A stretch of DNA of 64,000 bases from Anaerolineales bacterium (GCA_020634615.1 JACKBI010000015.1:100230-164229); one strand, 5' to 3'; positions 47,514-58,491 are shown, counted from the stretch's first letter. The notes: a model not told the origin generated them from the sequence alone. Program-made: numbers and translations.

Positions 47514-50500
47514 TCATGAGTTGAAAGAGGCGTCCAACTGAGCTAGCAGCGGCTCGAGCCGCGCGTCAAGACCGTCAAGATCAACCGGCTCAACCGGGAT
47601 CAGTTCCGAAACATCGGGCAGCGGCGGTGGATCGGGCAGCGTTTCCCCGATCAATTGCTGGTACCGTTGGCGCTGCTCATGAAGCCCGGTCTGTAGGTAG
47701 AGCGACCGATAGAGCTCGGCCGCGGCAGCGAGTGCTGTCTGGTTGTCTGGAGCCAACCGCCACAGTTCATAATGGAGTGCAGCTTGTTGCACGCGCGTCG
47801 GCCTCCGCCGCAACATGGCTTGCAACTCTGCGACCGTGTCTTCATCAGTCAACTCACCCAGCGCGTGGTGCAGCCGAATACCCATGACCTGGAGGTCGAA
47901 GCGCGCGTCCGAGCCTGCCAGATACTGTCCAGCCACCCTGGAGGCCATCTCCACTGCCTCATTGTGGCAAGACAGCGCCTCGGCAGGACAATCCTGCTCT
48001 AACATAAGCCGCGCCAGATCAATGAGCATGCCGCACAGATAGCTGGGAACATCCATCTGCCGTCCAAAATCGATCGCTCTTCGAATCAAGGCCGTGGCAT
48101 GCTCTGGCCGTCGCAGCCCTTCGAGAATAGCACCGATGTTGGCGATGTCGAGACAAGCCGACCACCGATCGCCGATAGCCAGCGAGTTACGCAAAGCCCA
48201 CTCGTAGCCTCCCAGTGCCAGCAGATGATCGCCGTGTCTTGTGAGGATATTAGCGATGAGGTCAACCGCCCAAGATAACGCTTGACGATCATCTATCTGA
48301 CGGGCCAGTAGGCCGGCGCGCAGATACCAGTGCACGGCATCTCCTGTTTTGTGCTGCGACATGCAGACATTTCCCAACGTGAGTGTCGCGCGCGTGACGA
48401 CGAGGTGGTAGCCCAACGGCTCGGCGACCGCGATCGACCTCCGGCAGCAGTCCGCGGACGCGTCCCAATCCCCCTGGCTCCAGTAGACCATGCCCATGGT
48501 ATTCAGCGCCTCGCAGATGCCACGCTGGTCGCCGAACTCGCCGGCGATGCGTAGCTGCCGCTCCAGTGTGGCCAGCGCCTGCTTGTTGTCACCCTTGAAC
48601 CAGTAGATCTCGGCCATAGTCCACAGAGCGCTGACTACACCGCGCCACTCGCCGGTGGACTCGAAACCAAGCTCAGCCTTTGCCAGCCACTCCAACGCCG
48701 TATCGTAGTGGCCCTGCAAGCGCATCACATTGGCCAGGGCACGCTGGGCCTGCGCCTGCAAGGCGACCTTGCCAAGGGTTTCGGCGGCTTCCAGAGCTTG
48801 TCGGTTGATGGCCTCTGCCTCATGCCACTGTCCGTTCACGCGCCAGACCTCACCCAGGGCCAGCATCAGTGCGCAAGTTTCGCTGGCAGACAAGCTTTTC
48901 CTCAGCTTGCCCTCCAACAGATGTTGATAGAGACGAATGGCCTCGGCGTTGGCGTAGATGCGCTGGGCGACCGCTGCTGCCCGGCGGTAATAAGCAATGG
49001 CCGCCCGAGGTCGCCCGGCCTGCTCAAGATGGCCGGCGATCTGACTACTGACGCTGTCCAGATCTGTGGCATGATGCGTTTCCAGCGCCTGGGCTACAGA
49101 TAAATGAATGGCGCGCCGGCGAATCGGACTGACGTCGGCGTGTGCCACAGCTCGGATCTTGTCATGGCTGAAGTCGTATGCGTTCAATCCCTGCTCGCGG
49201 ACGAGGTGCTTGCGCCACAACTCATCCAGGCTTTGCACGACGACTGTTTCATCCTGGCTGCAAGCACTGGCCAACACATCGAAGCTGAACTCCCGGCCGA
49301 TCACCGCCGCCGTTTGCACCAGCGCCTGAGCATCCGGCGACACCATTGACAAACGCCGCCGGATCACCGCCCGAATCTTGGGAGGGAGGGCGGACAGGTC
49401 AGTCAATTCACTTTCCCACTGCCTTCCTGTCTCCCCATCTCCCAGTTCCGCGCGCACTGTCTCTACCACGAACAACGGGTTGCCCTCCGTGTCGTGGAAA
49501 AGCTGCTCGGATTTCGCCGATGTCAGCTCGCGCCCCCCTAGATCCGCGGCCAAACTCGCAGTCTCGGCCATGGTCAGCGGCGACAAACGTAGCTCGCGCA
49601 AGATCGCTCGTTGCTCCAGCATCAGTCGAAAAGCGGCCAATGGGTGATCCTTGCCAACTTCCTCGATCCGCACCGTGCCAAGCACGAGCAGGGGCACGCT
49701 ACCAGCGGCCTGCAACAGATACTGTAGCCAGTCCAGCGTTTTCTGATCGCACCACTGCACATCGTCCAGAAACAGCAGAAGGGGTTGAGCGCTTCCGGCG
49801 CGCTCCTGTCCGGGCAAGCTTGTACCGGTGAGCAGACCATCGCGCCCTGGCGAACGCTCATCGAAATCGATCATGGGCGTTCTCAGCACGACCTGCGCCA
49901 AAGCCTGGAAAAACCGCTGGCGCTGCCATGACTCGGTCATCGGCCCCGGCGCGGGCAGTTCCGGGCGGTCAGATAGCAGATCGGGCAGCAACCTGGCAAC
50001 CTCGCGAATCCAGACATCATCTAGTGCGCGTGTTCTCGCTCGAAGGGCGGCGCTGCGCAACCACTCAGCTACCGGCGCGTATGCCACCAAGGAGTCGCCG
50101 GTGGCATAACAGCGCGCTACTGCCGTCTCCACATCCTGCCGTTCCGCCCAGGCCAGTAGTTCCTCAGCCAGTCGCGTCTTGCCCATGCCTGCTTCGCCCG
50201 ATATCAGCACGAGCTGCGCCCGGCCCGCTTCCGCTGCACGCCAACTATCCAATAGCACTTTCCATTCCGTCTGGCGGCCAACAAAAATGGCACCCGTCGC
50301 GGTTTGCGGGTAGGACGCAGGCCCTGGTAAATCGGCGTTCCTCATCAGAACCTGTTGGTATACAGCCTGTGTTGTTGACCCCGGGTCAACACCCAATTCG
50401 TGGCGCAAGATCGTGGCGCACGTGTGATAAACGCGCAGAGCGTTAGCCCGGTCTCCCAGAGCCAGATGCAGTTGCATCAACTGGCGGTAGACGGCCTCAT

Positions 50501-51089
50501 GTAGCGGGTCAGCCCGTACCAGCCGTTGCGCGTATCCTAGCGCTTCCTTGTAGCTGTGTTTCTCCTTCAATAACACCGACAGTCGTTCGAGGACTTCCAG
50601 ATATGTCTGGCGCAGCCGTTCGCGCTCAGGCACCAGCCACTCGTCATACCATCCGGCCAACAGATCGCCGCCATAGATATCAGCGGCCGCCTTCAGCGCA
50701 GCCAATTCCTCTGCCGAATCGGCGCGTTCCTGCGCAGCTGCGGCTTGCGCGCAGGCATCTTCGAAGTCAACAATGTCGAGCGTGTTTGGTGCATCGTGCC
50801 GCCACTGCAGAGTATGCGGACTAACGTCGAGAAATCGGTCGGCGTCAGGCAGGGATTGACGCATCCGCGCTAGCAGCGTGCGCAGATTCTTGAGAGCTTG
50901 TTTATCGGGGGTGTCGGGCCAGAAGGCGAAGGCGATCTGCTGTCGCGAGCAAGGCACGCGCCGATGCAGCAGCAAGTAGACCAACAACTGCTGCACGCGC
51001 GCCTGATCGAATCCGACCAGCCTTTCATGGCCGGCCGTGATGCGAAAACCACCCAACAAGTTCACTTCCAAGGACGAAGTGTCCACCAA
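47514..51089 (-). CDS. SARP/AfsR-family regulator: OmpR-type winged helix and BTAD, STAND (NB-ARC) ATPase, TPR repeats
   Basis: BTAD N terminus; Walker A GEAGMGKTRL; C-terminal TPR arrays. 1191 aa. Confidence 0.8.
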   Translation of the reverse strand: MVDTSSLEVNLLGGFRITAGHERLVGFDQARVQQLLVYLLLHRRVPCSRQQIAFAFWPDTPDKQALKNLRTLLARMRQSLPDADRFLDVSPHTLQWRHDAPNTLDIVDFEDACAQAAAAQERADSAEELAALKAAADIYGGDLLAGWYDEWLVPERERLRQTYLEVLERLSVLLKEKHSYKEALGYAQRLVRADPLHEAVYRQLMQLHLALGDRANALRVYHTCATILRHELGVDPGSTTQAVYQQVLMRNADLPGPASYPQTATGAIFVGRQTEWKVLLDSWRAAEAGRAQLVLISGEAGMGKTRLAEELLAWAERQDVETAVARCYATGDSLVAYAPVAEWLRSAALRARTRALDDVWIREVARLLPDLLSDRPELPAPGPMTESWQRQRFFQALAQVVLRTPMIDFDERSPGRDGLLTGTSLPGQERAGSAQPLLLFLDDVQWCDQKTLDWLQYLLQAAGSVPLLVLGTVRIEEVGKDHPLAAFRLMLEQRAILRELRLSPLTMAETASLAADLGGRELTSAKSEQLFHDTEGNPLFVVETVRAELGDGETGRQWESELTDLSALPPKIRAVIRRRLSMVSPDAQALVQTAAVIGREFSFDVLASACSQDETVVVQSLDELWRKHLVREQGLNAYDFSHDKIRAVAHADVSPIRRRAIHLSVAQALETHHATDLDSVSSQIAGHLEQAGRPRAAIAYYRRAAAVAQRIYANAEAIRLYQHLLEGKLRKSLSASETCALMLALGEVWRVNGQWHEAEAINRQALEAAETLGKVALQAQAQRALANVMRLQGHYDTALEWLAKAELGFESTGEWRGVVSALWTMAEIYWFKGDNKQALATLERQLRIAGEFGDQRGICEALNTMGMVYWSQGDWDASADCCRRSIAVAEPLGYHLVVTRATLTLGNVCMSQHKTGDAVHWYLRAGLLARQIDDRQALSWAVDLIANILTRHGDHLLALGGYEWALRNSLAIGDRWSACLDIANIGAILEGLRRPEHATALIRRAIDFGRQMDVPSYLCGMLIDLARLMLEQDCPAEALSCHNEAVEMASRVAGQYLAGSDARFDLQVMGIRLHHALGELTDEDTVAELQAMLRRRPTRVQQAALHYELWRLAPDNQTALAAAAELYRSLYLQTGLHEQRQRYQQLIGETLPDPPPLPDVSELIPVEPVDLDGLDARLEPLLAQLDASFNS

Positions 51090-51194
51090 CCTGACCCGCT
51101 TCCTCCACCATCATGTTGATGTGCTGTGACAACCGCCGTCACGGACCAGACTGTACCATAACGCCGTACAAGCTGTCAACCACCGCCGCATCTA

Positions 51195-52382
51195 CTAGCG
51201 CAGAACCAACGCCCGCTGCGGATCGCCCAAATACTCTGCGCCGTCCCCGGTCACCAGCACATCCTCCTCCAGCCCGACGTAGCCGTAGCCGGGCACGGCC
51301 AGCCCTGGCTCGACCGTGTAGACGTGCCCCGCTTCCAGCGGGCGGAAGGGCGTTTGACCGTAGCGTTCCCAGGCCGGTCCCAGCACGCCGCCGCCATCAT
51401 GCACGTTGCGGCCCATGTGGTGACCGGTCGCATAGGGATACGCCGGATAGCCCGCGTCGACGATGACCTGGCGCGCGGCTGCGTCGATTTCGACACCGGT
51501 CGCGCCGGGCCGCATGGCCGCCACCGCCGCATCCACCGCCCGCAGGACGGTATCGAAACCGCGCTGCACCGGCTCGGGGGCCGCCGTTTCGCCGGGACGC
51601 AACATGTAGACCACCCGCTGAATGTCGGAACAGTAGTCATCCTGCTCCACGCCAAAATCGAAGTGGACAATGTGCCCCGGTTCGACGCGAAGATCGGTCG
51701 GGCCGGCGTGGCCGCCCGACGAGTCCGGTCCCGAGTTGACCAGCGGGCAACCCTCGCGATCCCACGCAGGTTGCAGGCCGCGCGCGTCCAGTTGGTCGTG
51801 CATGAACCGGGCGATCTCCCGCTCGGTCAACCCAGGACGCAGCGTCTCAACCGTTGCGTCGTAGATCTGACGCGTCGTCTCGATGGCCGCACGGATACGC
51901 TCGACCTCAGCCGCGGTCTTGCGGCCACGCAGCGCGCCGATGATCGCCTCCGCCGAAACCAGCCGGCCGGCAAAGCGCGTTTCCTCAAGATACCCGGCCA
52001 GCACCTGATACAAGCCATGCCCCAGCCCGTCGGCAAAGACATCGTTGGCCGAATAATTGATGGCCAGTTGTTTGGGATCGAACCGCTCAAGCGCAGCAAG
52101 CAAATCTGGTCGCACTGACTGATCGTAGGCGATAACGTCGGCGAAGAGACCGGTTCGTTCCGCTGTGACAGCATCGCCGCGGCCAACAATTGCGACGCGC
52201 CCGCCGGAGCGCGTGAGAAGCAGCGCACTCTGCCAGGTCAGGCCATGCTCGCCGTAGATCAACGGCAGCACCGGGTCGCCGCCGGCTGATGTCTCGCGCA
52301 CAAAGGTCAGCCACGCGTCCACTTCCATCTCCTGAAGAATATCGATGGCCTGAAGCACTTTCTCGCGATTGATTTCTGACAT
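51195..52382 (-). CDS. M24 family metallopeptidase (Xaa-Pro aminopeptidase/creatinase fold)
   Basis: Pita-bread fold metal ligands (…HFDFGV…). Confidence 0.8.
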   Translation of the reverse strand: MSEINREKVLQAIDILQEMEVDAWLTFVRETSAGGDPVLPLIYGEHGLTWQSALLLTRSGGRVAIVGRGDAVTAERTGLFADVIAYDQSVRPDLLAALERFDPKQLAINYSANDVFADGLGHGLYQVLAGYLEETRFAGRLVSAEAIIGALRGRKTAAEVERIRAAIETTRQIYDATVETLRPGLTEREIARFMHDQLDARGLQPAWDREGCPLVNSGPDSSGGHAGPTDLRVEPGHIVHFDFGVEQDDYCSDIQRVVYMLRPGETAAPEPVQRGFDTVLRAVDAAVAAMRPGATGVEIDAAARQVIVDAGYPAYPYATGHHMGRNVHDGGGVLGPAWERYGQTPFRPLEAGHVYTVEPGLAVPGYGYVGLEEDVLVTGDGAEYLGDPQRALVLR

Positions 52383-52622
52383 ACCGTACCTCTTTCTCAT
52401 GTAGTTGGGGATATTGCAACACCGGCATTGTCAGCGACCGGTAACGCTTTGTCAAAAGACCGCGCCGGCGCGATACGCAGGAATCCAGCTCGCGCGAGCG
52501 CGAACCGGCAAAAATTCGCGGTTGAACTGCGGACACTTCGGGTGTATACTGAAGTGTGCAATAGATCACAGTTCTGTCCTTTTTCTGAACTCACCGCCGC
52601 GAACCTCAACGAAGAGGCCACC

Positions 52623-55600
52623 ATGAATCGGCGTGACGAACTCATAGACGCAATTGCTCTGCTCGAAGCCCAACGCGCCACCCTCGGCGACACGGCTGTC
52701 GACGCGTCGATTGCTGCCATGCGCCAGGCGCTCTCGGCGCACGACCAGGCTGCCCGCGCCGAACAGCGCAAGACAGCCACGGTCATCTTCGCGGACATCG
52801 TGAACTTTGTCGAGCTGACAGCCCAACGCGATCCTGAGGACGTCCGCGAGCTACAGCGAGCCTTCTTCACCACGGTCACCGCACCCATTCTGGAGTTCGG
52901 CGGGGTCATTGAGAAATACATCGGCGATGCAGTCATGGCCGTGTTCGGCGTGCCAGAGGTGCACGAGGACGACGCGGAGCGGGCGGTGCGCGCGGCCCTG
53001 GCCATGCAAGCCGGGCTGGCAGCCCTGAACGTGGCGCTGGCGCACACTCATGCGCTGCAGCTCGCCATGCGCATCGGGATTCATACCGGCACCGTGGTCG
53101 CCACCAGCGAGACGCACAGCGGCTCGTTCATGGTCAGCGGCGATACGGTTTCGCTGGCGTTTCACCTGCAGGAAGTGGCAGAACCGAATTCGGTGCTGGC
53201 CAGCGAAGCGACCCAGCGTCTGATTTCCCATGTCTGCGAGATGGAACCGCTGGGCAGGTTGACGCTGCGCCGGCGCAGCGAGTCGACCATGACCTACCGG
53301 GTCCTGCGTTTGCGGCCAGACACGGGCAAGCTGCGCGGTGTTGCCGGAATGGATTCGCCTCTGGTGGGACGGCAGCCCGAGTTCGCAGCTTTGTGCGCGG
53401 CCGTTGACCGGCTGCATGAGGGCAGAGGAGGTCTCGTGACTCTGGTAGGGGAAGCGGGCATCGGCAAGTCGCGTCTGATGGCTGAGGTCCGCAAGACACT
53501 TGAGAAACAACCGCTTGCTCTGCCGTCGTCCGCTGCTATTCGCTGGATCGAGGGGCGTTGCCTTTCGTACGACGGCAAAGTTGCCTATCACCTTTGGCAG
53601 GACCTGCTGCGCGAGACATTGGGCGCATCGATGGAAGACTCGGCGGAAATGGTCGCATCCTCGCTGGAGCGGTTCGTCCGCGTGATCTGTCCGTACAATC
53701 AGGAAAGCACCGTGGCCTTCCTGGCGCGCCTCATGGCACTGCCGCTGCCGGCTGATTGGGAAGAACGGCTGGACAAAATGGGCGCCCAGGATCTCCAGTA
53801 TCATACCTTCGGCGCCGTGAAAAACGTCCTCAGTCGCGCTGTGCAAAACTGGCCTATCGTCCTGGTCTGCGAAGATCTGCACTGGGGAGATCCCAGCTCG
53901 CTGGCGCTGCTGGCGCAACTCGTGCCGCTGGTCGAACGGACACCGCTGCTGTTGGTCTGCATCTTCCGGCCAGAACCCGACCAGAACCATCCGGTCTGGC
54001 AGATCGCAGCACATGGAGACCGCCTGTCAGCCGGGCAACACCTGAGTCTGCATCTGCAACCGCTGACGGCAGATGACAGCGAGATTCTCCTGACCAACCT
54101 CCTGGGGATGCCGTTGCCCTCCCGGCTGGTCTTGCGCATTCTCAGCCAATCCGAAGGCAACCCGTTCTACGTCGAGGAGATCATCCGCTCGCTGATCGCC
54201 CACGGAGCACTGGTACAAGACCCGGCAAACGGCCAGTGGCAACTGGTGGATGACCTGGCAAATATCGCGATCCCCGAGACATTGCAGAACGTGCTGGCGG
54301 CGCGCATTGACCGCCTGGACTACAATGAGCGCCACGTCTTGCAGATGGCAGCAGTGATCGGGCGAATCTTTCCACTGCGCGTGCTGGCAGCCGTATCCAG
54401 CGACGTCCTCAATCTGGAGGAGTGCCTGCGTTCCCTCGTGCAGCAAGAATTGATTCGGCAGCGCTCTGGCGCACAGGAACTGGAATACATCTTCAAGCAC
54501 GCGCTAACGCAAGAGGCAGCATACAACGGAACATTGAAGCGCCAGCGGCAGGTGTTCCACCGACAGACGGCCGAGGCGCTGGAGCGCCTTTTCGCCGAGC
54601 GTGTCGAAGAACTGTTAAGCATCCTGGCCCACCACTGGGAGCATTCTGACAACCCGCAGCGCGCGGTGGAGTATCTGCTGCGGGTGGGCGACCGCGCGCG
54701 CCTGGCCTATGCTAACCAGGAAGCCGCCGATTCCTACGAGCGCGCGTTGTCGCTGTTGCAGCAGCAAGGCAACGATGAAGGCAGCGCGCGAATCTTGATG
54801 CGTCTGGGACTGGTGCATGTAGCTGCTTTTGATTATCAGCAGGCCAGCAAGGCATACGAGCGCAGCTTCGTGCTCTGGAATCGCCGGTCCCCTTCGCCCG
54901 AAGGAGTCGCGCCGTTACCACTTGCTTCGCAGACGCACCGCCGCATGTGGGGAATAGAGCCCAAGAACTGGGACCCAAACCCGACCTTCGACTACGAAAT
55001 GCCGCTCTTTTCCGGCCTGCTGGAAGAAAGCCCAGACCTTTCGGCCGTTCCCGACATTGCCCGCAGTTGGGAAATGCTCGACGGTGGACGCGCCTACATC
55101 TTTCATCTGCGCGACGACGTGCGATGGAGCGACGGTTTTCCCGTCACCGCGGACGATTTTGAATTCGCCTGGAAGCGGCTGCTGGACCCGGCTGTGCCGC
55201 CGATGAATGCCCGCCGGCGCGCGCTGGACACCTCCACAGGTCTGCGCTCAGCCGGCCCGCTGTACGATGTGTGCGGCGCGCACGCGTATCACACCGGCCA
55301 GTCTGGTAATCCCGATAGCGTCGGCGTCCACGCCACCGATCCGCTGACACTGGTGGTCGAATTGGAGCGACCGGTGGCCTACTGGCTGCACATCATGGCC
55401 AACCCGGCGACGTTCCCCGTCCCCAGACATCGCGTCGAGCAGTACGGCGACGACTGGTGCGAGGCTGACAGGATTGTCACCAACGGGCCCTATCTGCTGG
55501 ATCGCTGGCATCCGCGAGAGCAGGTCGATCTGGTGCGCAACCCACACTACCACGGCCGTTTCAGCGGCAATGCACACCGGGTCGAGTTGCTCTGCCTGCC

Positions 55601-56480
55601 CTATCCAACTGACTGGCCGGAACGACTGGCGCTATATGAGGCGGGCGAGTTGGATTATCTCTTTATCGGCAACTGGCCCATCCCGGGCGTGGCGGAAGCA
55701 GCCCGCCGGCGCAGCGCAGACCACCGCAGGATGCCTGCCCTGCATACAGCCTCAACTTGCTTCAACGTCCAGCTTCCTCCCTTCGACGACCGGCGCGTGC
55801 GCCAGGCCTTTGCCATGGCGTCCGATATCGCAAGCGGCATGGCCTCCGGGCGAGTGCGCAGTCAGGAAATCGTCACCGGCGGCTTCCTGCCGGCTGCCAT
55901 GCCTGGCTACTCTGCCGGCATTGCCCTCGGCTACGACCCGGAACGAGCCAGGGTGTTACTGGCGGAGGCTGGTTATCCCGGCGGTCGCGGCTTCCCGGAG
56001 GTCACATATTACTTCATCATGACACCAGGCAGCAGTATGATGGAAGAGTCCCTGGTGCCTCAGATGGAAGAAACTCTGGGCGTGAAAATCCACCTTGAGA
56101 TCCTGGAATGGGGCGAATATCACTTGCGTCTCAAAACCAAACCACCCCACATCGGCCTGCATACCTGGTCAGCCAACTACCCGGACCCCGACGATTTCAT
56201 GCGCGTCGCCTATCACGATATCCAGCGCTATTTCGGCTGGCGCGATGAGCAGTATGAGACTCTGGTGGATGAAGCTCGCACGCTGACTGACCAGGCTCAG
56301 CGCATCAAGCTCTATCGACAGGCCGACGCGATCCTGGTGCGCGAGGCCGCCATCGTACCGATCATGCACGCACCGACTTCATGCCTGATCCAACCCTGGG
56401 TAGAGCGACTGGTGATCTCTCCGCTGAGCGCGATGTCGCTCTGGACATCGCTGCGCGACGTGGTGATCCGCCCGCATTGA
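52623..56480 (+). CDS. Multidomain signalling protein: class III adenylate/guanylate cyclase, STAND ATPase, TPR repeats, and a C-terminal family-5 solute-binding-protein (SBP_bac_5, OppA/DppA-like) domain
   Basis: Cyclase homology domain (VIFADIVNFVELT…YIGDAVMAVFG); Walker A GEAGIGKSRL; the C-terminal ~520 aa are collinear with peptide/nickel SBPs (…IARSWEMLDGGRAYIFHLRDDVRWSDGFPVTADDFEFAWKRLLDP…). One continuous ORF with no signal peptide. Confidence 0.75.
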   Translation: MNRRDELIDAIALLEAQRATLGDTAVDASIAAMRQALSAHDQAARAEQRKTATVIFADIVNFVELTAQRDPEDVRELQRAFFTTVTAPILEFGGVIEKYIGDAVMAVFGVPEVHEDDAERAVRAALAMQAGLAALNVALAHTHALQLAMRIGIHTGTVVATSETHSGSFMVSGDTVSLAFHLQEVAEPNSVLASEATQRLISHVCEMEPLGRLTLRRRSESTMTYRVLRLRPDTGKLRGVAGMDSPLVGRQPEFAALCAAVDRLHEGRGGLVTLVGEAGIGKSRLMAEVRKTLEKQPLALPSSAAIRWIEGRCLSYDGKVAYHLWQDLLRETLGASMEDSAEMVASSLERFVRVICPYNQESTVAFLARLMALPLPADWEERLDKMGAQDLQYHTFGAVKNVLSRAVQNWPIVLVCEDLHWGDPSSLALLAQLVPLVERTPLLLVCIFRPEPDQNHPVWQIAAHGDRLSAGQHLSLHLQPLTADDSEILLTNLLGMPLPSRLVLRILSQSEGNPFYVEEIIRSLIAHGALVQDPANGQWQLVDDLANIAIPETLQNVLAARIDRLDYNERHVLQMAAVIGRIFPLRVLAAVSSDVLNLEECLRSLVQQELIRQRSGAQELEYIFKHALTQEAAYNGTLKRQRQVFHRQTAEALERLFAERVEELLSILAHHWEHSDNPQRAVEYLLRVGDRARLAYANQEAADSYERALSLLQQQGNDEGSARILMRLGLVHVAAFDYQQASKAYERSFVLWNRRSPSPEGVAPLPLASQTHRRMWGIEPKNWDPNPTFDYEMPLFSGLLEESPDLSAVPDIARSWEMLDGGRAYIFHLRDDVRWSDGFPVTADDFEFAWKRLLDPAVPPMNARRRALDTSTGLRSAGPLYDVCGAHAYHTGQSGNPDSVGVHATDPLTLVVELERPVAYWLHIMANPATFPVPRHRVEQYGDDWCEADRIVTNGPYLLDRWHPREQVDLVRNPHYHGRFSGNAHRVELLCLPYPTDWPERLALYEAGELDYLFIGNWPIPGVAEAARRRSADHRRMPALHTASTCFNVQLPPFDDRRVRQAFAMASDIASGMASGRVRSQEIVTGGFLPAAMPGYSAGIALGYDPERARVLLAEAGYPGGRGFPEVTYYFIMTPGSSMMEESLVPQMEETLGVKIHLEILEWGEYHLRLKTKPPHIGLHTWSANYPDPDDFMRVAYHDIQRYFGWRDEQYETLVDEARTLTDQAQRIKLYRQADAILVREAAIVPIMHAPTSCLIQPWVERLVISPLSAMSLWTSLRDVVIRPH

Positions 56481-56549
56481 TCGAAATATCAGGCGGATCT
56501 GCGGCATCTGGCCACAATAGCTGTTGCAAGATTGGAAACGAGGATCTAC

Positions 56550-57818
56550 ATGACAATGATAAGCGGCGCCAGTCAGTCTGGAGCTCAACCTGAGCCGCGA
56601 AGCCGCAACTACCTGACATTCCTGATCGTGTTCCTGGGATCGATAGCACTGATGGACGGCTATCTCTCCGGGGTCAAAGCGTCGGCCATTCCCTACATTC
56701 TGAAGGCCTATGGCATCGACGCGCCCACGTTTTCGGGGCTGGAGTCGATCGCGCTTATCGTGACGTTCTTCGTTTTTGCCCTCAATCACCTGGCTGACGT
56801 CATTGGCCGCAAGCCGGGTCTGCTGCTGCTGATTCTGGGCATGGGTCTCTCCAGCCTTGCGATATTGATCTGGACACCGACACTGCCACTGTTCATGATC
56901 TTCTACGCTGCGGCGACATTCTTTACCGTCTCGAATATGTGGCAGGTGCCGGCCAGTGAAGAAGCACCGGCCGCACGTCGGGCACGGGTAGTCACCTTGA
57001 CTGCGGCCATCGGTCTCCTGCCGCTGCAAGCCATCCTGCCGCCGATCCTGGTTGCAAGGTTGGGTCTCAACTGGCGCTGGATGTACGGAATCCAGTTTCT
57101 TTTCATGCTTCCAGTGCTGCTGATGTGGCTTTTTATGCGCGAGACCTCCCGCTACCAGGTGGTACAAGAGCAGCGCCGCCAGGACCACGTAAGTCGCAGG
57201 TTCAATCTCGGCCTGGCCACCATGGACCGGCGCGACCTGCGCAACATCATATTTTCGTCGGCAGTCCTGATCTGCATTCTCCTCTTTGTCTCGCTCTTTT
57301 TCTGGTGCGGCTACTTCTTTATCACGCTCAACGGGTTCACACTGACGCGTTGGTCGGCGGTCTTCCTCGCAGTCCTGTTGATGATCATGCTGGGAAATCT
57401 GTCGGGCGGCTGGTTGCTGGACCGCGTGGGCAGGAAACGAGGGTTGATCATCGGCTGCGCAGGATGCTGTATCGCGATTGCCGGTCTGGGATATGCGCCC
57501 GGCACAATCCAGATCGCGATGGTAGCCGCGACAGGGTTCTTCTTTGGTATCAGTTCCTCCTGGACAGCTGTTTACATTTCCGAGGTTTTTCCAACCGATC
57601 GCCGCGCCACCTGCGTGGGTTGGGTGACGGCTGCCAGCCGTATCAGCTACGTGGCGGGACCGGCGTTGGCAGCGCTGCTGCTCAAGGCGTTTCCCGACAT
57701 GACGATTTTCTGGATTGCAACCGGTCTCATCAGCCTGCTGCCGATCGTGATAGTCCTGGTGGCCAGGCCCGCGGAAACCAAGCAGCTTGCCCTGGAAGAG
57801 ATCGCCGCGAGCCATTGA
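56550..57818 (+). CDS. MFS transporter
   Basis: Twelve predicted TM helices; a GRKRG-type loop between TM8 and TM9. Confidence 0.8.
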   Translation: MTMISGASQSGAQPEPRSRNYLTFLIVFLGSIALMDGYLSGVKASAIPYILKAYGIDAPTFSGLESIALIVTFFVFALNHLADVIGRKPGLLLLILGMGLSSLAILIWTPTLPLFMIFYAAATFFTVSNMWQVPASEEAPAARRARVVTLTAAIGLLPLQAILPPILVARLGLNWRWMYGIQFLFMLPVLLMWLFMRETSRYQVVQEQRRQDHVSRRFNLGLATMDRRDLRNIIFSSAVLICILLFVSLFFWCGYFFITLNGFTLTRWSAVFLAVLLMIMLGNLSGGWLLDRVGRKRGLIIGCAGCCIAIAGLGYAPGTIQIAMVAATGFFFGISSSWTAVYISEVFPTDRRATCVGWVTAASRISYVAGPALAALLLKAFPDMTIFWIATGLISLLPIVIVLVARPAETKQLALEEIAASH

Positions 57819-57834
57819 GCGCAACAACGTAACT

Positions 57835-58491
57835 ATGAACACATCCCAATCGACTTCCACTGACCGTTACCAACGCCTTTACGACCGGATGGCGCCCTTC
57901 TATGCGACGGGAATGCGGTTGCTGCCGGTGTGGCAGCGTTACACTGAGACGGTGCTGCCCTGGCTGGACAAGCTGCAAGTCTCCGGCCCGGTGCTGGAGA
58001 TCGGCCCCGGACCGGGCGTACTGTTGACGAAATTGAGCCAGCGCTTCGATGTCGCGGTCGGACTGGACCTGTCGACCGGTATGCTGGTCGAAGCGCAGGG
58101 CCGTCTGCGGGGCGCCGGTCTGCCGGCGCGGCTGGTGCAGGGCAACGCCGTGCAGCTTCCCTTTGCGTCAGGCAGTTGCGCGGCCGTGACCCTGACCTTT
58201 GCCTTCAGCGCGTTCCCCAAGGGGCTGGCGGCGATGCAGGAGATCGCGCGCGTGCTGTGCTCCGGTGGCCTGGTGGTGCTGGTGGATGCGGCTGAACCAG
58301 ACGACAGAAACGCAGCCGGGATGGCGCTGGCGAAAACGTGGGAAATGTTCGGCGACTTCATGCGCGACGAGGCCGACCTAATGCAACAGGCCGGCCTCGA
58401 AATCGTCGAATGCTATAATTTCGGTGCTTTTCACAGCATCCGATTGACAGTCGGACGGCGGGGCTCTACGCCTCGTACGTCCCCGCGGTAA
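57835..58491 (+). CDS. Class I SAM-dependent methyltransferase (UbiE/COQ5-like)
   Basis: VLEIGPGPGVL motif I. Confidence 0.8.
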   Translation: MNTSQSTSTDRYQRLYDRMAPFYATGMRLLPVWQRYTETVLPWLDKLQVSGPVLEIGPGPGVLLTKLSQRFDVAVGLDLSTGMLVEAQGRLRGAGLPARLVQGNAVQLPFASGSCAAVTLTFAFSAFPKGLAAMQEIARVLCSGGLVVLVDAAEPDDRNAAGMALAKTWEMFGDFMRDEADLMQQAGLEIVECYNFGAFHSIRLTVGRRGSTPRTSPR

